From: Cyanobacteria bacterium P01_D01_bin.156
GTDB taxonomy: Bacteria > Cyanobacteriota > Cyanobacteriia > Phormidesmidales > Phormidesmidaceae
DNA: 64,000 nucleotides
Assembly (NCBI GenBank): GCA_039024555.1
Contig: JBCCQQ010000009.1
Coordinates: 1-64,000 of the forward strand
Direction of reading: 5' to 3'
In this document: piece after piece, positions 1 to 10,469 of the stretch
How positions within the stretch are numbered: the stretch's first letter is position 1
Layout: the number at the start of each line of letters is the position of its first letter
Program-made: the position numbers and the translations under genes
The notes under the pieces: generated by a model
What the model was told of the DNA's origin: nothing
The model's input: the letters and a program-made list of their open reading frames with translations, nothing else
The model's database searches: none

Positions 1-1
1 C

Positions 2-121
<120 letters not shown>

Positions 122-147
122 TCGCTGGTTGTGTAACCTAGTCTAAT

Positions 148-188
148 TAGGGGGGCATGTGCTTAGCACATGCCCCCCTAGCGTTTTT
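148..188 (+). terminator. Intrinsic terminator after psbA
   Basis: Perfect 16-bp inverted repeat TAGGGGGGCATGTGCT-T-AGCACATGCCCCCCTA followed by GCGTTTTT. Confidence 0.85.
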
Positions 189-233
189 AAAATCTATAAA
201 ACTTATATTGAGAATGAAATAATGAAAGTAAAT

Positions 234-262
234 AAAAAAGGAGGCTGTATCAACCTCCTTAA
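234..262 (-). terminator. Intrinsic terminator of the 290-484 gene
   Basis: AAGGAGG...CCTCCTT hairpin with an A-run on its left (U-tract on the minus strand). Confidence 0.65.
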
Positions 263-289
263 AAGCAAGTTTTGATTGGCAACTATTAA

Positions 290-484
290 TTAATAGGCAA
301 GAGTTTCTAAGGTTTCACGTAGATAACGTCTCACAAGCTGCTCTAAAGGAGTTTTATCAAGAGCATCACTAGGCAGTTCTGATTTCCAGCGTTGAAACCC
401 AGCGCTGCTGCAAATAGCACGCTGCAGGCTCAACCATACATTCGCATTTTCAGAGCTGAATAGAGTGGAAGATTTAGTAGCCAT
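290..484 (-). CDS. Small conserved cyanobacterial hypothetical protein
   Basis: 64-aa ORF with an AGGA RBS; the C-terminal RRYLRETLETLAY motif is one I recognise from cyanobacterial hypotheticals. Confidence 0.8.
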   Translation of the reverse strand: MATKSSTLFSSENANVWLSLQRAICSSAGFQRWKSELPSDALDKTPLEQLVRRYLRETLETLAY

Positions 485-781
485 AGGTTTCCTTATTAAG
501 CTGATTCTAAGAAGGTTTCAGCAGTCTGTCTATATACGATAACGCAGCCGCTATAGAGATGTTGTGCCTATAGTCACGGTTTGTATAGAGTTATGTCTAA
601 TTAAGATTGATTGAGTAAGGTGTGATGCCCTAAAAGTTCAAAAAAACTTGTTATGGACCTGTAGTAAACCTACTAAAAATTTGTTCCTGATTGGTGGGCT
701 GAAGCGCCCCGTAAAAAGCGGCTTATCTACTGCAACGTGATGATGACAAACTCATCCTTAGGCAGAATAAAATAAAAACTA

Positions 782-826
782 AAGAGCCTATCAGGAGTGA
801 GTTATTTCAACTCCTGATAGGCTCTT
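782..826 (-). terminator. Terminator of the infB operon
   Basis: 17-bp perfect inverted repeat AAGAGCCTATCAGGAGT/ACTCCTGATAGGCTCTT downstream of infB, with an A-rich left flank. Confidence 0.8.
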
Positions 827-863
827 ATAAAGAGCTTTACCAACCTGTATGCGACTCTTCCGA

Positions 864-3803
864 CTAGGAACGGCCTGCTAAAGTACGTCGTTTAGTGACC
901 ATCTTGAAGGCTCTAATGCGATCGCCTTCCTCCCAGTTGCTAAACTTATCGACGCCTATACCGCATTCAAAGCCAGATGCAACTTCCTTAACGTCATCAC
1001 GCATACGCTTGAGAGAGTCGAGGTTGCCTTCATAAATTTGAGACCCATTGCGCATGACTCGGATCTTACAGTTACGCGTTACCTTACCAGAGAGTACGTA
1101 ACAACCGGCAACTGAACCTTTACGTACAGGGAAGACTGCACGAACTTCAACTTCACCCAGGTCTTCTTCAACGAGCTCGGGCTCTAATAGACCTTCCATT
1201 GCACCCTCAATGTCTTCGAGAAGTTTGTAGATAATGTCGTAATCCTGAATATCTACACCTAAACGATCAGATGCTTGTTGTGCTCCTGGCGCTAACGTTG
1301 TGTTAAAGCCAATAATAACGGCACCGCTTGCTGCAGCAAGATCTACGTCAGTTTCACTGATTTCACCCGGTGCTGCCATTAGCACTCGAATTTGAACCTC
1401 GTCCTGGGGCAACTGCTCCAGTGAGGCCAGAATAGCTTCAATAGAACCTTGCACATCTGCTTTTAACAAAATATTGAGCTCTTTCAGCTCGCCTTCTTGA
1501 GCTTGGGCAGAAAGGGTATTAAGGGTAACTCTTCGAGACGCCAGAGACTGTTGTATCCGTGACTGACGCTGATCATCAGCACGACTCCCTGCTATGGAAC
1601 GGGCTTCTTTCTCAGAGGCAAATACCTCAAATTCATCCCCTGCCTGGGGTACATCATTCAGACCTAGAACCTCAACGGCAAAGGATGGTTTAGCCGCTTC
1701 TACTCTATTGAGGCGATCGTCTAGCATGGCTCGCACTTTACCAAATACTGAGCCAACTACCATGGAGTCACCGATTTTTAAGGTACCGTTTTGAACCAGC
1801 AGTGTGGCAACTGGACCGCGTGCCTTATCCAGGTTAGCCTCAATGACGGTGCCCTTCGCTAGGCGGTCAGGGTTTGCGTGCAAATCTTCGACTTCAGATT
1901 GTAGCAGTAGCATTTCTAGCAGCAAATCTAGATTTTCGCCTGTGATTGCACTCACTGGCACCATAATGCTGTCACCGCCCCACTCTTCCGGAACAAGGCC
2001 CTGTTCCATCAGTTCTTGCTTTACACGATCGGGATTGGCAGTTTCCTTATCAATTTTATTGATTGCCGTTACGATAGGCACTTGTGCCGCTTTGGCATGG
2101 CTAATTGCCTCAATGGTCTGGGGGCGCACGCCATCATCTGCAGCTACTACTAGTACAGCAATGTCAGTAACGCGAGTACCCCGTGCTCGCATAGCGGTAA
2201 ATGCTTCGTGACCAGGTGTATCCAGGAAGACTACCTGGCGAGTCGACTCTTCGTGCTCTACGTCAACGTGGTAAGCGCCAATATGTTGCGTAATGCCACC
2301 AGCCTCACCACTCGCTACTTTCGCTTCGCGAATTGCATCCAGCAATGAGGTTTTACCATGGTCAACGTGGCCCATGATGGTAACTACTGGAGGACGCTGT
2401 TTCAGGTTCTCTAAGTCGTCTTCGTCCAACATCTCAGTGGTTTTCTTAGCTTCTGACTCAGCTTCAGCGGTTTCCACTTCGACTTCAAATGCCTCGGCCA
2501 CCATTTTGACCGTTGGAATATCTAAAGTCTGGTTAATGTTGGTGGCAATGCCCTTAAAGAACAAGAACTTAATGACTTCAGTGTCGGGTTGCTTGATTTC
2601 CTGGGCGAGTTCATGGACGGTTAGTCCATTGGTTACGGTAATTAGCTCTGGCTTTTCTTCAACAACTTCAACTTTGCGATCGCGCCGGTTGGAACGCGAT
2701 GAACCACCACCACGACTTGGCGTTGAGCGACTTTTAACTGCTGCTGGTTTTACTTGAGGCTGTCGAGATTTTGGCTTTGGTGGCCGCATCAATGAAATGC
2801 TCATAGGCGTTGATGCTGATTCACCAGAGAGGTTAGCCTCTAGATCATCGATATCATCATCATCATCTAGACGCTGAGCACGACGTTTCTTGGTGGCATT
2901 TTTGTTTGCCCGTTGCCTCATTTCCTCTTCTTCATTAGTCTCATTGCGACCCTTGCCTCGTTTGGGTGGGCGTGCGGGAGAAGCCGGTCGCCTTACATCG
3001 GGACGGCGAGGAGCTGCAGCGAGGGTAGGGCCACTATCGTTAGATGCTTCAACACCGGTATCATCAGTGTCAGCTGCAGATGTTGCTGGGCTCGCCTTCG
3101 GGCGACGAATCTCGATAACTGGCTTTGGCTTCAGACTAGGCTTTTGCTTCAGTAACGTAGGCTTTTCCTTAGCATCGCTAGGCGCGCCACCGTCAGAAAC
3201 AGTCACTATTCTTGCTGATTCAGGGCGAGATGACGTTTTTGGACGTGGAGCCTGTGGACGTGACGGCGCTGAAATAAGCTTAGGCTGAACAATTTTTGGC
3301 CCATTCTCCTGTGCACTGCTTCCATTACCCGACGCGTTACTTCCAGCTTCAGCAGGGCGAGATAATGGCTTCTGAGGCGTCCTTGCCACGGGTTTGTTGA
3401 GGCGGTTTGGAGGACGCGTAGGCGTTGCTGCTCCATCCCTAGTAAACTGCTCCGCAGATGTAGTGGGTTTGCGAGGCCTAGGTGGTGGTGCTGGTTGATC
3501 AGGCGATCTTGGGGTAGAGGGCTGGTGGCGGCGAATTTCTAAAATCTGCTGTTTACGAGCCGGCCTATTAGGCGCCTTAGGCTTAGTCAGTGTAGGTTTT
3601 GGCTTTGGCTTTGGCTTCTGTACAGTGGGGCGCTTAGGTGCAGTTGTAGATGCTGAACGAATCCGCTCTGCATCGTCTTCAGTAATCGTACTGCTATGAC
3701 TTTTAACTGCAATGTTTAGACTTTCGCAGATGGCCAGAATATCTTTATTGTCTAGTTCTAATTCCCGAGATAACTCATATATCCTGACTTTGCCATTGTT
3801 CAT
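864..3803 (-). CDS. infB: Translation initiation factor IF-2
   Basis: N-terminal [20 protein letters not shown]-loop, DTPGH, NKID, long Pro/Arg-rich linker; lies downstream of nusA. Confidence 0.99.
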   Translation of the reverse strand: MNNGKVRIYELSRELELDNKDILAICESLNIAVKSHSSTITEDDAERIRSASTTAPKRPTVQKPKPKPKPTLTKPKAPNRPARKQQILEIRRHQPSTPRSPDQPAPPPRPRKPTTSAEQFTRDGAATPTRPPNRLNKPVARTPQKPLSRPAEAGSNASGNGSSAQENGPKIVQPKLISAPSRPQAPRPKTSSRPESARIVTVSDGGAPSDAKEKPTLLKQKPSLKPKPVIEIRRPKASPATSAADTDDTGVEASNDSGPTLAAAPRRPDVRRPASPARPPKRGKGRNETNEEEEMRQRANKNATKKRRAQRLDDDDDIDDLEANLSGESASTPMSISLMRPPKPKSRQPQVKPAAVKSRSTPSRGGGSSRSNRRDRKVEVVEEKPELITVTNGLTVHELAQEIKQPDTEVIKFLFFKGIATNINQTLDIPTVKMVAEAFEVEVETAEAESEAKKTTEMLDEDDLENLKQRPPVVTIMGHVDHGKTSLLDAIREAKVASGEAGGITQHIGAYHVDVEHEESTRQVVFLDTPGHEAFTAMRARGTRVTDIAVLVVAADDGVRPQTIEAISHAKAAQVPIVTAINKIDKETANPDRVKQELMEQGLVPEEWGGDSIMVPVSAITGENLDLLLEMLLLQSEVEDLHANPDRLAKGTVIEANLDKARGPVATLLVQNGTLKIGDSMVVGSVFGKVRAMLDDRLNRVEAAKPSFAVEVLGLNDVPQAGDEFEVFASEKEARSIAGSRADDQRQSRIQQSLASRRVTLNTLSAQAQEGELKELNILLKADVQGSIEAILASLEQLPQDEVQIRVLMAAPGEISETDVDLAAASGAVIIGFNTTLAPGAQQASDRLGVDIQDYDIIYKLLEDIEGAMEGLLEPELVEEDLGEVEVRAVFPVRKGSVAGCYVLSGKVTRNCKIRVMRNGSQIYEGNLDSLKRMRDDVKEVASGFECGIGVDKFSNWEEGDRIRAFKMVTKRRTLAGRS

Positions 3804-4106
3804 CCAAATATTCCTCGTAATTTTCTGAAATTAGGGTGTCACATAGACTTACTGCCCTTATCGAGACGACAATACACGCTATCCCTGGGCATACAGATAG
3901 CAGTCAATTCAATCGATTCTGGCACAAACAAAACGTAAGCATTGCAAATTTACTGAATAAAAACGCTTTGCTTGACTTCTTGCTAGCACCATTTTTACAG
4001 GCTAGAAGGTGTTCGACTAAAAATTAGCACAGGTCTTAAATTCTACCTTAGCATTACCCTGAAAAACGCTGTAGATTGTCCAAAAGTCTTGTTAAGTCCT
4101 TGGGAA

Positions 4107-4367
4107 TTAAGAGCGATCGGGGGAAGCGATCTGCTGCTGTAGTTGCTGATAAATGTCTTCGGGTACTGATGTTCTCAGAGAACGACCAAGACGATTTTTT
4201 TTATGAGCAATCTCTAAACATGCCAGATTTCGACAGAGGTATGCTGACCGCCCCATCCCCTGGGAAAACTGCACAACTTTTGCAGGATGGGTACGCACTA
4301 CACGTAACAATTCCTTGCGGTGTAATACTTTTCTACAGCTCACACATTGACGATACTCAGGGCGCAT
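4107..4367 (-). CDS. ylxR: YlxR/DUF448 family RNA-binding protein
   Basis: RQCVSCR and GRSAYLC motifs; position between nusA and infB. Confidence 0.95.
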   Translation of the reverse strand: MRPEYRQCVSCRKVLHRKELLRVVRTHPAKVVQFSQGMGRSAYLCRNLACLEIAHKKNRLGRSLRTSVPEDIYQQLQQQIASPDRS

Positions 4368-4385
4368 GATGTTGATATCTATAAC

Positions 4386-5750
4386 TTATTCTTCTTCCTC
4401 TGTTTCAATCTCTGTATAAACCTCAGTGTCTTCGGGATTTGTAACCACTTCTTCAATCTCGTTATCTGGTCCATTAGCCTCTGCCTCTGCCGCAGCGGCT
4501 GCCGCTAAATTCGCAGCTTTAATAGCGGCCATCTGGGCAGCTAAAGCCGCCGCCGCTTCTTCCTCTTGCTTGAGTTTGGCTTCTAACTGAGCTCTTACTT
4601 TTTCATCTTCGACTTCATAGTCATACTTAGCAGAGTCTTTAATGTCAATTTTCCAACCCGTTAAACGGGCTGCTAGCCGTACATTTTGACCTTCTTTACC
4701 AATGGCCAAGCTGAGCTGATCCTCAGGAACAAGCACGTGTGCTTGGCGTTCCTCCGGATTCATAAGTCTGACTTCATCTACGCGAGCAGGGCTGAGAGCA
4801 TTCGCAATATAAGTGGCTGGATCGGGTGACCAACGAATGACGTCGATTTTCTCACCTCGTAACTCATTGACAACAACCTGGATCCGAGATCCCCGTGCAC
4901 CGATGCATGCACCTACAGGATCAACATCACGCTCTAAGGTATCCACAGCGATTTTAGTTCTAGGTCCTACTGAGCGAGAGGGAGGATTGGCCTCACGGGC
5001 AACGGCCACAATACGGACTACCTCATCTTCAATTTCGGGCACTTCATTCGAAAAGAGCTCGACGACTAGACTGGCATCTGCTCGTGAAACTAATAGTTGA
5101 GGACCTCTGTGGGAGCCTTCTGAGACTTTTTTAAGAGCGACACGGAATGTGGCATTTGCCCGGTAGTTATCGTTCGGTAGCTGGTCTCGCTTGAGTAGCT
5201 CAGCTTCAACATCAGGTTGGCCAACGCCACTGCTCACAGCCATAATGACAGACTGGCGCTCAAATCGTAGTACCCGAGCTTGTAAGATGGTACCTTCTAA
5301 ATCCTGAAACTCTTCTTGAATTAACCGTCGCTGCTGATCGCGCAGTTTCTGAGCCAACACTTGTTTGGTTTGAATTGCTGCCATACGGCCAAAATCTCGT
5401 TGTTCTGGGGTGACATCTAAAACGACCTCATCTCCAATTTGTGCCTCTGGAGCAACTTCAACGACTTCAGCTAGAGAAATCTGGTGGTCTGGATTTTCCA
5501 CAGCTTCCACAATCATTTTGCTAGATAAGACCCGAAAGCCTTCTTCTTCCGCATCTAACTCAATCGAAAAATTATCAAAATAGTCTTCTTCAAAGGGATG
5601 GCTATCCATGCGACGGGTGCGACGATATCGCTCATACCCTTTTAATAAAGCCTCTCGGAGTGCTTGTTCTACGGCAGAACGAGGGAGGTTGCGCTCGCGG
5701 CTAATGCCTTCGATCATTTCTTGTAGGCTAGGCAAACTGACCATCGACAT
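4386..5750 (-). CDS. nusA: Transcription termination/antitermination factor NusA
   Basis: FGRMAAIQTKQV, DPVGACIGARGSRI, LSLAIGKEGQNVRLA; start taken at MSMVSLP, which has a GGAG RBS. Confidence 0.99.
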   Translation of the reverse strand: MSMVSLPSLQEMIEGISRERNLPRSAVEQALREALLKGYERYRRTRRMDSHPFEEDYFDNFSIELDAEEEGFRVLSSKMIVEAVENPDHQISLAEVVEVAPEAQIGDEVVLDVTPEQRDFGRMAAIQTKQVLAQKLRDQQRRLIQEEFQDLEGTILQARVLRFERQSVIMAVSSGVGQPDVEAELLKRDQLPNDNYRANATFRVALKKVSEGSHRGPQLLVSRADASLVVELFSNEVPEIEDEVVRIVAVAREANPPSRSVGPRTKIAVDTLERDVDPVGACIGARGSRIQVVVNELRGEKIDVIRWSPDPATYIANALSPARVDEVRLMNPEERQAHVLVPEDQLSLAIGKEGQNVRLAARLTGWKIDIKDSAKYDYEVEDEKVRAQLEAKLKQEEEAAAALAAQMAAIKAANLAAAAAAEAEANGPDNEIEEVVTNPEDTEVYTEIETEEEE

Positions 5751-5864
5751 GGTTTTTTCTCCTTCAATCAATTGGTGTAATGATTCAAATGGCTATAGTG
5801 CTTTGCTCACCCTCTATGGGACTAGATGTGGCAGGGTAGATACCAAACTTACGGGTATTCAGGG

Positions 5865-6335
5865 CTATGACTCACTTTGATTGCTGAGTTGTACACATTC
5901 CACTAACTCTCTGGGTAAGGCAACGCGCCGTCCTCGTTGACTAATCGCTAGCTTGTTGTCTGTGCGCTCTAATAAGGTACCTGACCAGACTTTTTTGCCT
6001 TTATGAGCAGTGTGTAGAGTGATTTCAATCGCAAATCCCTTAAAAACAATGAAGTCGCGCTCTGTTTTAAGTTGTTCAGATACGCCAGGGCTAGAAACCT
6101 CTAGAACATAAGCATCTGGCAAAATACTATTGGTTTCTATGCCCTCGCCGAGGGCAATGCTCATTCGTTCACAATCATCTAAGCCGGTATCGGGTTGGTT
6201 GAGGTTACGAACATCCACCCGTAAAACTGGCGGATTATGGTTTGTTTGAAAAACTGCGCTCACGATTTCTAGCCCCAGCTCATTGGCAATAGGGGTAGCA
6301 ATTTCAAGTACCTGTGGAATGACAGGGTGGGCCAT
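5865..6335 (-). CDS. rimP: Ribosome maturation factor RimP
   Basis: LDDCERMS and YVLEVSSPG motifs; first gene of the nusA operon. Confidence 0.97.
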   Translation of the reverse strand: MAHPVIPQVLEIATPIANELGLEIVSAVFQTNHNPPVLRVDVRNLNQPDTGLDDCERMSIALGEGIETNSILPDAYVLEVSSPGVSEQLKTERDFIVFKGFAIEITLHTAHKGKKVWSGTLLERTDNKLAISQRGRRVALPRELVECVQLSNQSES

Positions 6336-6358
6336 GGAAACCTAAAAAAATAACCAAA

Positions 6359-6389
6359 ATAAAAAGTGGGCCTTGAGGTCCCACTTCTC
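6359..6389 (-). promoter_or_regulatory. rimP-leader hairpin (attenuator-like)
   Basis: Minus strand GAGAAGTGGG-ACCTCAAGG-CCCACTTTTTT just upstream of rimP, resembling the widespread GUGGG...CCCACUUUUU leader. Confidence 0.75.
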
Positions 6390-6482
6390 ACACAATCATT
6401 TTTGAACTGGGACAGTTAATCCCAAGTGCAAACGTACACTTAGCAGGTATCAAGACCTAGGGATTTCACTGCGTAACACAGT

Positions 6483-7481
6483 CTAGCGTGTTTTTCTCTG
6501 ATTTGATTCAATTCCACTAACTTGAAACAACTCAGCTACATTGGAACAATAGTTGGTCATCCCGAAACTAGCAGGGGTTAGGGGGTTTTGATAAGTAAAG
6601 TGACGATACTTTAAACAGAACCGATCCCAATCTGCCATGCGTACCTTGAAGAGCTTAATGAAGAAATCAATCAACCTCTGGGATAGTGGAATTTGAAAGT
6701 AAATGGAACGGCCTAAATAATGACTGACGTCAGCTACAGCTTCATCGACGCTGAGGGCTGGATTTCCTAAAACTAGCTCTCTTGAGTCACCGGGTGCTGG
6801 TACATGCTCGATCAGGTGAGCGACTACTGTAGCAATATCTTGAGCGTGGATAAAGTGGAGAGTGCCATCGGCACTAAAAAAGCGAATCAGATCAATCCAC
6901 TGGGTGACTTCAGTTAAACCACTAGAGATATGGGAATAGGGCTTATTATGATCGCCACCAAAGACCAGAGTTGGAAATAGAGTGGTGATTTTTGGAAAAA
7001 TAGGCAGGTGCCGAAGCTTTTGGTGGCATTGATATTTGCTACGAATATAATCAAAGGTTACTTCCCCAGCTTCTTTGAGAGGCTGGTTTCTTCTATTTAG
7101 GATGCTGGCAGTTGAAAAATAAAGAATTTGTTGAACGCGCTCTGGATCAAGAAATTTCATCACCTGCAAATTTGCAGTGACATTAATGTCGTAAATTTCT
7201 GGTGCACCTCCCCATGATGTGGCTATGAGGATAGCGCTATCCATAGTTCCTAATAACTCAGCGAACTGATGACTTTCACGAATATCTCCACGCAGTATAT
7301 GTACTCTGGCGTTGTCGCTGATATCGATCTGTAATTTCTCAGGATGGCGTAACAGTAAGAATAATTCGTGATTGCTTTTTTCAAGCAGTGTTTCGAGGAC
7401 GTAGTGACCAATACAGCCACTGGCACCAGTAATAAAAATTTTCTGGGGTGGCGATTGTGTGGATGGTGCCAAATGAGTCAC
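6483..7481 (-). CDS. NAD-dependent epimerase/dehydratase family protein
   Basis: IFITGASGCIG Rossmann motif and YxxxK (YIRSK). Confidence 0.9.
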   Translation of the reverse strand: MTHLAPSTQSPPQKIFITGASGCIGHYVLETLLEKSNHELFLLLRHPEKLQIDISDNARVHILRGDIRESHQFAELLGTMDSAILIATSWGGAPEIYDINVTANLQVMKFLDPERVQQILYFSTASILNRRNQPLKEAGEVTFDYIRSKYQCHQKLRHLPIFPKITTLFPTLVFGGDHNKPYSHISSGLTEVTQWIDLIRFFSADGTLHFIHAQDIATVVAHLIEHVPAPGDSRELVLGNPALSVDEAVADVSHYLGRSIYFQIPLSQRLIDFFIKLFKVRMADWDRFCLKYRHFTYQNPLTPASFGMTNYCSNVAELFQVSGIESNQRKTR

Positions 7482-7625
7482 AGTTTAATCAGACGTGATG
7501 TTGCTAAGAGCCTCTAATTCACGGGCTGGTGGGAACTTACACCGATGTGCTTTAGAGCGATCCAGTCTCCATACTATTACTTTGTGTAACGGTTTTGACT
7601 GTGGGTGTGACGTCTGTTAAAGCTT

Positions 7626-7676
7626 CCAATAAATCGAGGCGCAGCCCTTTTAAAGGGCTGCGCCTCGATTTATTGG
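7626..7676. terminator. Long perfect palindrome, likely hemE terminator or stabilising hairpin
   Basis: 25-bp perfect arms CCAATAAATCGAGGCGCAGCCCTTT-T-AAAGGGCTGCGCCTCGATTTATTGG. Confidence 0.7.
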
Positions 7677-7695
7677 TTTCTCACTTTTAAGGGCT

Positions 7696-8760
7696 TTACG
7701 CAGGTACTGCCAAGAGGTCTTCAAGTTGCTTTGCAGTAGCAAAGAAGTGAGCTGCATTTTCTTCAGGAGTACCGGGTAAAATGCCGTGACCTAAGTTAAG
7801 AATGTGTCCACCACGACCTGCTTTACGTACGGTGTCTAGGATGCGATCGCGAATAAAGTCCTTAGATCCAAATAGTACTCCCGGATCTACATTACCCTGC
7901 ACTTTCATATTCGGTCCCAGCCGACGGCGGGCATCTGCCATATCAACGGTCCAATCAACACTGATGATATCTACACCAGATTCACCCATAAGTTCCAGTA
8001 CGCCAGCACTACCACTGATGTAGAGAATCAAAGGTGTATCAGGATGAGTGGCTTTTACCTGCCGAACTACCTGCTGCTGGTAGGGTAAGGCAAACGTACG
8101 ATAGTCTTCGGGGCTAAGCTGGCCAGCCCACGAGTCAAACAGCTGAACTATCTGAGCACCACAATCAATCTGATAGCGGACATAGGCAGCGATCCCATCA
8201 GCCAAGTGACTCAGCAGCTGATGCAGCATCTTGGGCTGAGAGAATGCCATACCCTTAATAACGGAATAGTTCTTAGAACTTTTACCTTCTACGGCGTAGG
8301 CAGCTAGAGTCCAAGGAGATCCGACAAAGCCAAGAACAGTGGACTCATTTTTCACCTCTGCTCTTAGAGTATTCAAAATCGTTTTGATAAACGGTAAATC
8401 TTCCTCAGGAGTGAGGGGCCGTAATGCATCGATTTGTTCCTGGGTACGAATGGCAGGCTCAATGATGGGGCCTTTGCTTTCAACGATGTCAAAGGGAATG
8501 CCCATGCCAGGAAGAGGAGTCAAAATGTCGGAAAACATAATGACACCATCGGGCTGAAACGCATGCCATGGCTGTAGTGAAATCTCGATGGCCAGCTCGG
8601 GGTTCTCGGAACGCTCGCGAAAAGAAGGGTACTTCTCTCGCAAATCACGATATATCTTCATATACCGCCCTGCTTGACGCATCATCCAGACCGGCGGTCG
8701 ATCCAAGATTTCGCCCTTGGCGGCTCTCAATAAGTAGGGCGTTTGCTTGGGTTGGGTCAT
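7696..8760 (-). CDS. hemE: Uroporphyrinogen decarboxylase
   Basis: [22 protein letters not shown] and NLGHG motifs. Confidence 0.99.
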   Translation of the reverse strand: MTQPKQTPYLLRAAKGEILDRPPVWMMRQAGRYMKIYRDLREKYPSFRERSENPELAIEISLQPWHAFQPDGVIMFSDILTPLPGMGIPFDIVESKGPIIEPAIRTQEQIDALRPLTPEEDLPFIKTILNTLRAEVKNESTVLGFVGSPWTLAAYAVEGKSSKNYSVIKGMAFSQPKMLHQLLSHLADGIAAYVRYQIDCGAQIVQLFDSWAGQLSPEDYRTFALPYQQQVVRQVKATHPDTPLILYISGSAGVLELMGESGVDIISVDWTVDMADARRRLGPNMKVQGNVDPGVLFGSKDFIRDRILDTVRKAGRGGHILNLGHGILPGTPEENAAHFFATAKQLEDLLAVPA

Positions 8761-8957
8761 CGAAATCTCACCACAGACTAAAAAGTTTTTTATTCGCATC
8801 TGTTAGCTTATCATTGCCAATTCCCGAAATTACTTGGGACAATTGACTGCCGTGGGTTTTAGCCTGTGAAGTGATAATTGTGTAACATCCATGGCAGCGT
8901 AAACTTAAAGGCAGCTAACGAATTGTGGCCCTTTGTATCGCTACTCCAAACCTACCT

Positions 8958-9470
8958 ATGCAGAATGTGAACTTTTTTAAAAAGCAAGGAGGACGGTGGT
9001 TCTCACAACGCACCACCCACTATTTGAAAGCAGGTAATTCAAAAGCTGGAAAATCAGATTTAGAAGTGATGGCTTTGGATGCTAACGCTGATGAAGTGGC
9101 GCAGCTATGTGAGCAAGTCAATATGGTGTCAGGCGAAGTCATCGGAGCTTTAAAGATTGCCCAAAAAAGCACTATATTGGCAGGCCCTACACGCACACAA
9201 AACACCCTGCTGGTTGCGATCACAGCTGATCAAACTACCGGAAAGCTTATCCGCCAGACCGATGGTGAATCCGCTACTCAAATAAGCCAATATCGATTGG
9301 AAGACAATGTTTTAACGGTCACTACCGACGTTAATGGCCTGCAAGCAGAAGAAAGATGGTGGTTCATCACCGATAACCTGCGGATGCGTACAAACGTCTT
9401 AACTGGAGAAACCGGTCAAATTATGGCATCGTTTTGCTCTGAAATTCGACTTGGAGATGTGCAATCCTAA
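8958..9470 (+). CDS. CpcS/CpeS-family phycobiliprotein lyase
   Basis: GRWFSQRTTH, EERWWF..NLRMRT and ASFCSEIR motifs of S/U-type bilin lyases; exact paralog not determined. Confidence 0.9.
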   Translation: MQNVNFFKKQGGRWFSQRTTHYLKAGNSKAGKSDLEVMALDANADEVAQLCEQVNMVSGEVIGALKIAQKSTILAGPTRTQNTLLVAITADQTTGKLIRQTDGESATQISQYRLEDNVLTVTTDVNGLQAEERWWFITDNLRMRTNVLTGETGQIMASFCSEIRLGDVQS

Positions 9471-9488
9471 TCACTTTCTCAAGTAACC

Positions 9489-10148
9489 CTAGGACTGATG
9501 AGAAAGAGCCGCAGGGCGAAATGGTTGAATGGGACGGGATGCGTTTATCCCTCGCTCAGGCATAGTTTTATAGGACACGACTGGAAGTTGATCAGTTGCT
9601 GCTTTATGATCCTCAGATGCAATCAATGTCTGAGCATCGAAGGTAGCTGATGGCGTATTAGCCTGGTAAACATCAACCAGCTTGTTGATGGGTTTCACTG
9701 GAAACGCATTAATGGCCAAATGCCTATGATTGTCCCTGATGCTTTCCTGATTGAAGTGTTGTGTAATGACTGAACTAGAAAGCGGTGAGGGCGCAAAGTT
9801 GTACCGGTTATCAGAAATCTGCTGAATGCCAGACTGGACCAATGTAGACGGCACCATATGGATCGGACTGCCTAAGTGGGATGCTATTGTCTGCTCAAAT
9901 CCTGATGTGAAATGGCATACAGGTTGACCACGTCGCTGCCATATTTGGAGGATATGTTCAACAGAGATAATCTTATAGCGTCCTTGAAAAACAGCTTCTA
10001 TGACGGCATCGCGTATCCAGGCCGGTCGATAGGTATTTAGCCAATACATCACTTGACTCTCGGGACTGTATTGCTCCAATTCAAGGCTAAATGACTTGAT
10101 GAGAGTAATTGCCTGTTGGGCTTCGCGTGCAATGTTCGGTGCCATCAT
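9489..10148 (-). CDS. Conserved cyanobacterial protein, probably Ftn6-like (N-terminal DnaD-like domain)
   Basis: N-terminal WIRDAVIEAVFQGRYKIISVEHILQIWQRRGQP block followed by a low-complexity tail; the Ftn6 assignment is from memory. Confidence 0.55.
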   Translation of the reverse strand: MMAPNIAREAQQAITLIKSFSLELEQYSPESQVMYWLNTYRPAWIRDAVIEAVFQGRYKIISVEHILQIWQRRGQPVCHFTSGFEQTIASHLGSPIHMVPSTLVQSGIQQISDNRYNFAPSPLSSSVITQHFNQESIRDNHRHLAINAFPVKPINKLVDVYQANTPSATFDAQTLIASEDHKAATDQLPVVSYKTMPERGINASRPIQPFRPAALSHQS

Positions 10149-10469
10149 AAGCAGTACCTGAACTTCAACTTGTATATAAATTCATTATTTGGACTATGTT
10201 TTCCTAATACATTGGTCAACAATTATTAACAGCTAGAGTTAGCTCTACATGACTTAATTTTAACGAATTTGAATTGTTCTTGATATTTCCCTTAACGTTT
10301 CAAGCAAACTCTTGAGTAGATCTGGCAGTTTATGCTCTACACATCTGTAAGAATTGCGTCGTTGTCACGACGACTATGTATCTGTGTAAAAATGACTATT
10401 TAAGGGACTCCACGGGCTGCTATGTCAAGTTTTCCCACATCGCCGATGAATCCCAAACTTCTCTGGCGA

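Noticed and set aside
1594..3436. Several 66-154 aa ORFs antisense to or overlapping infB, and similar ones over nusA, hemE, dnaE, glmM and the RNase gene
   Set aside because: Shadow frames of well-supported genes, Ser/Arg-rich with no motifs
3578..3620. GGCTTT tandem repeats
   Set aside because: They encode the PKPKPKP low-complexity linker of IF-2 and are not an independent repeat element
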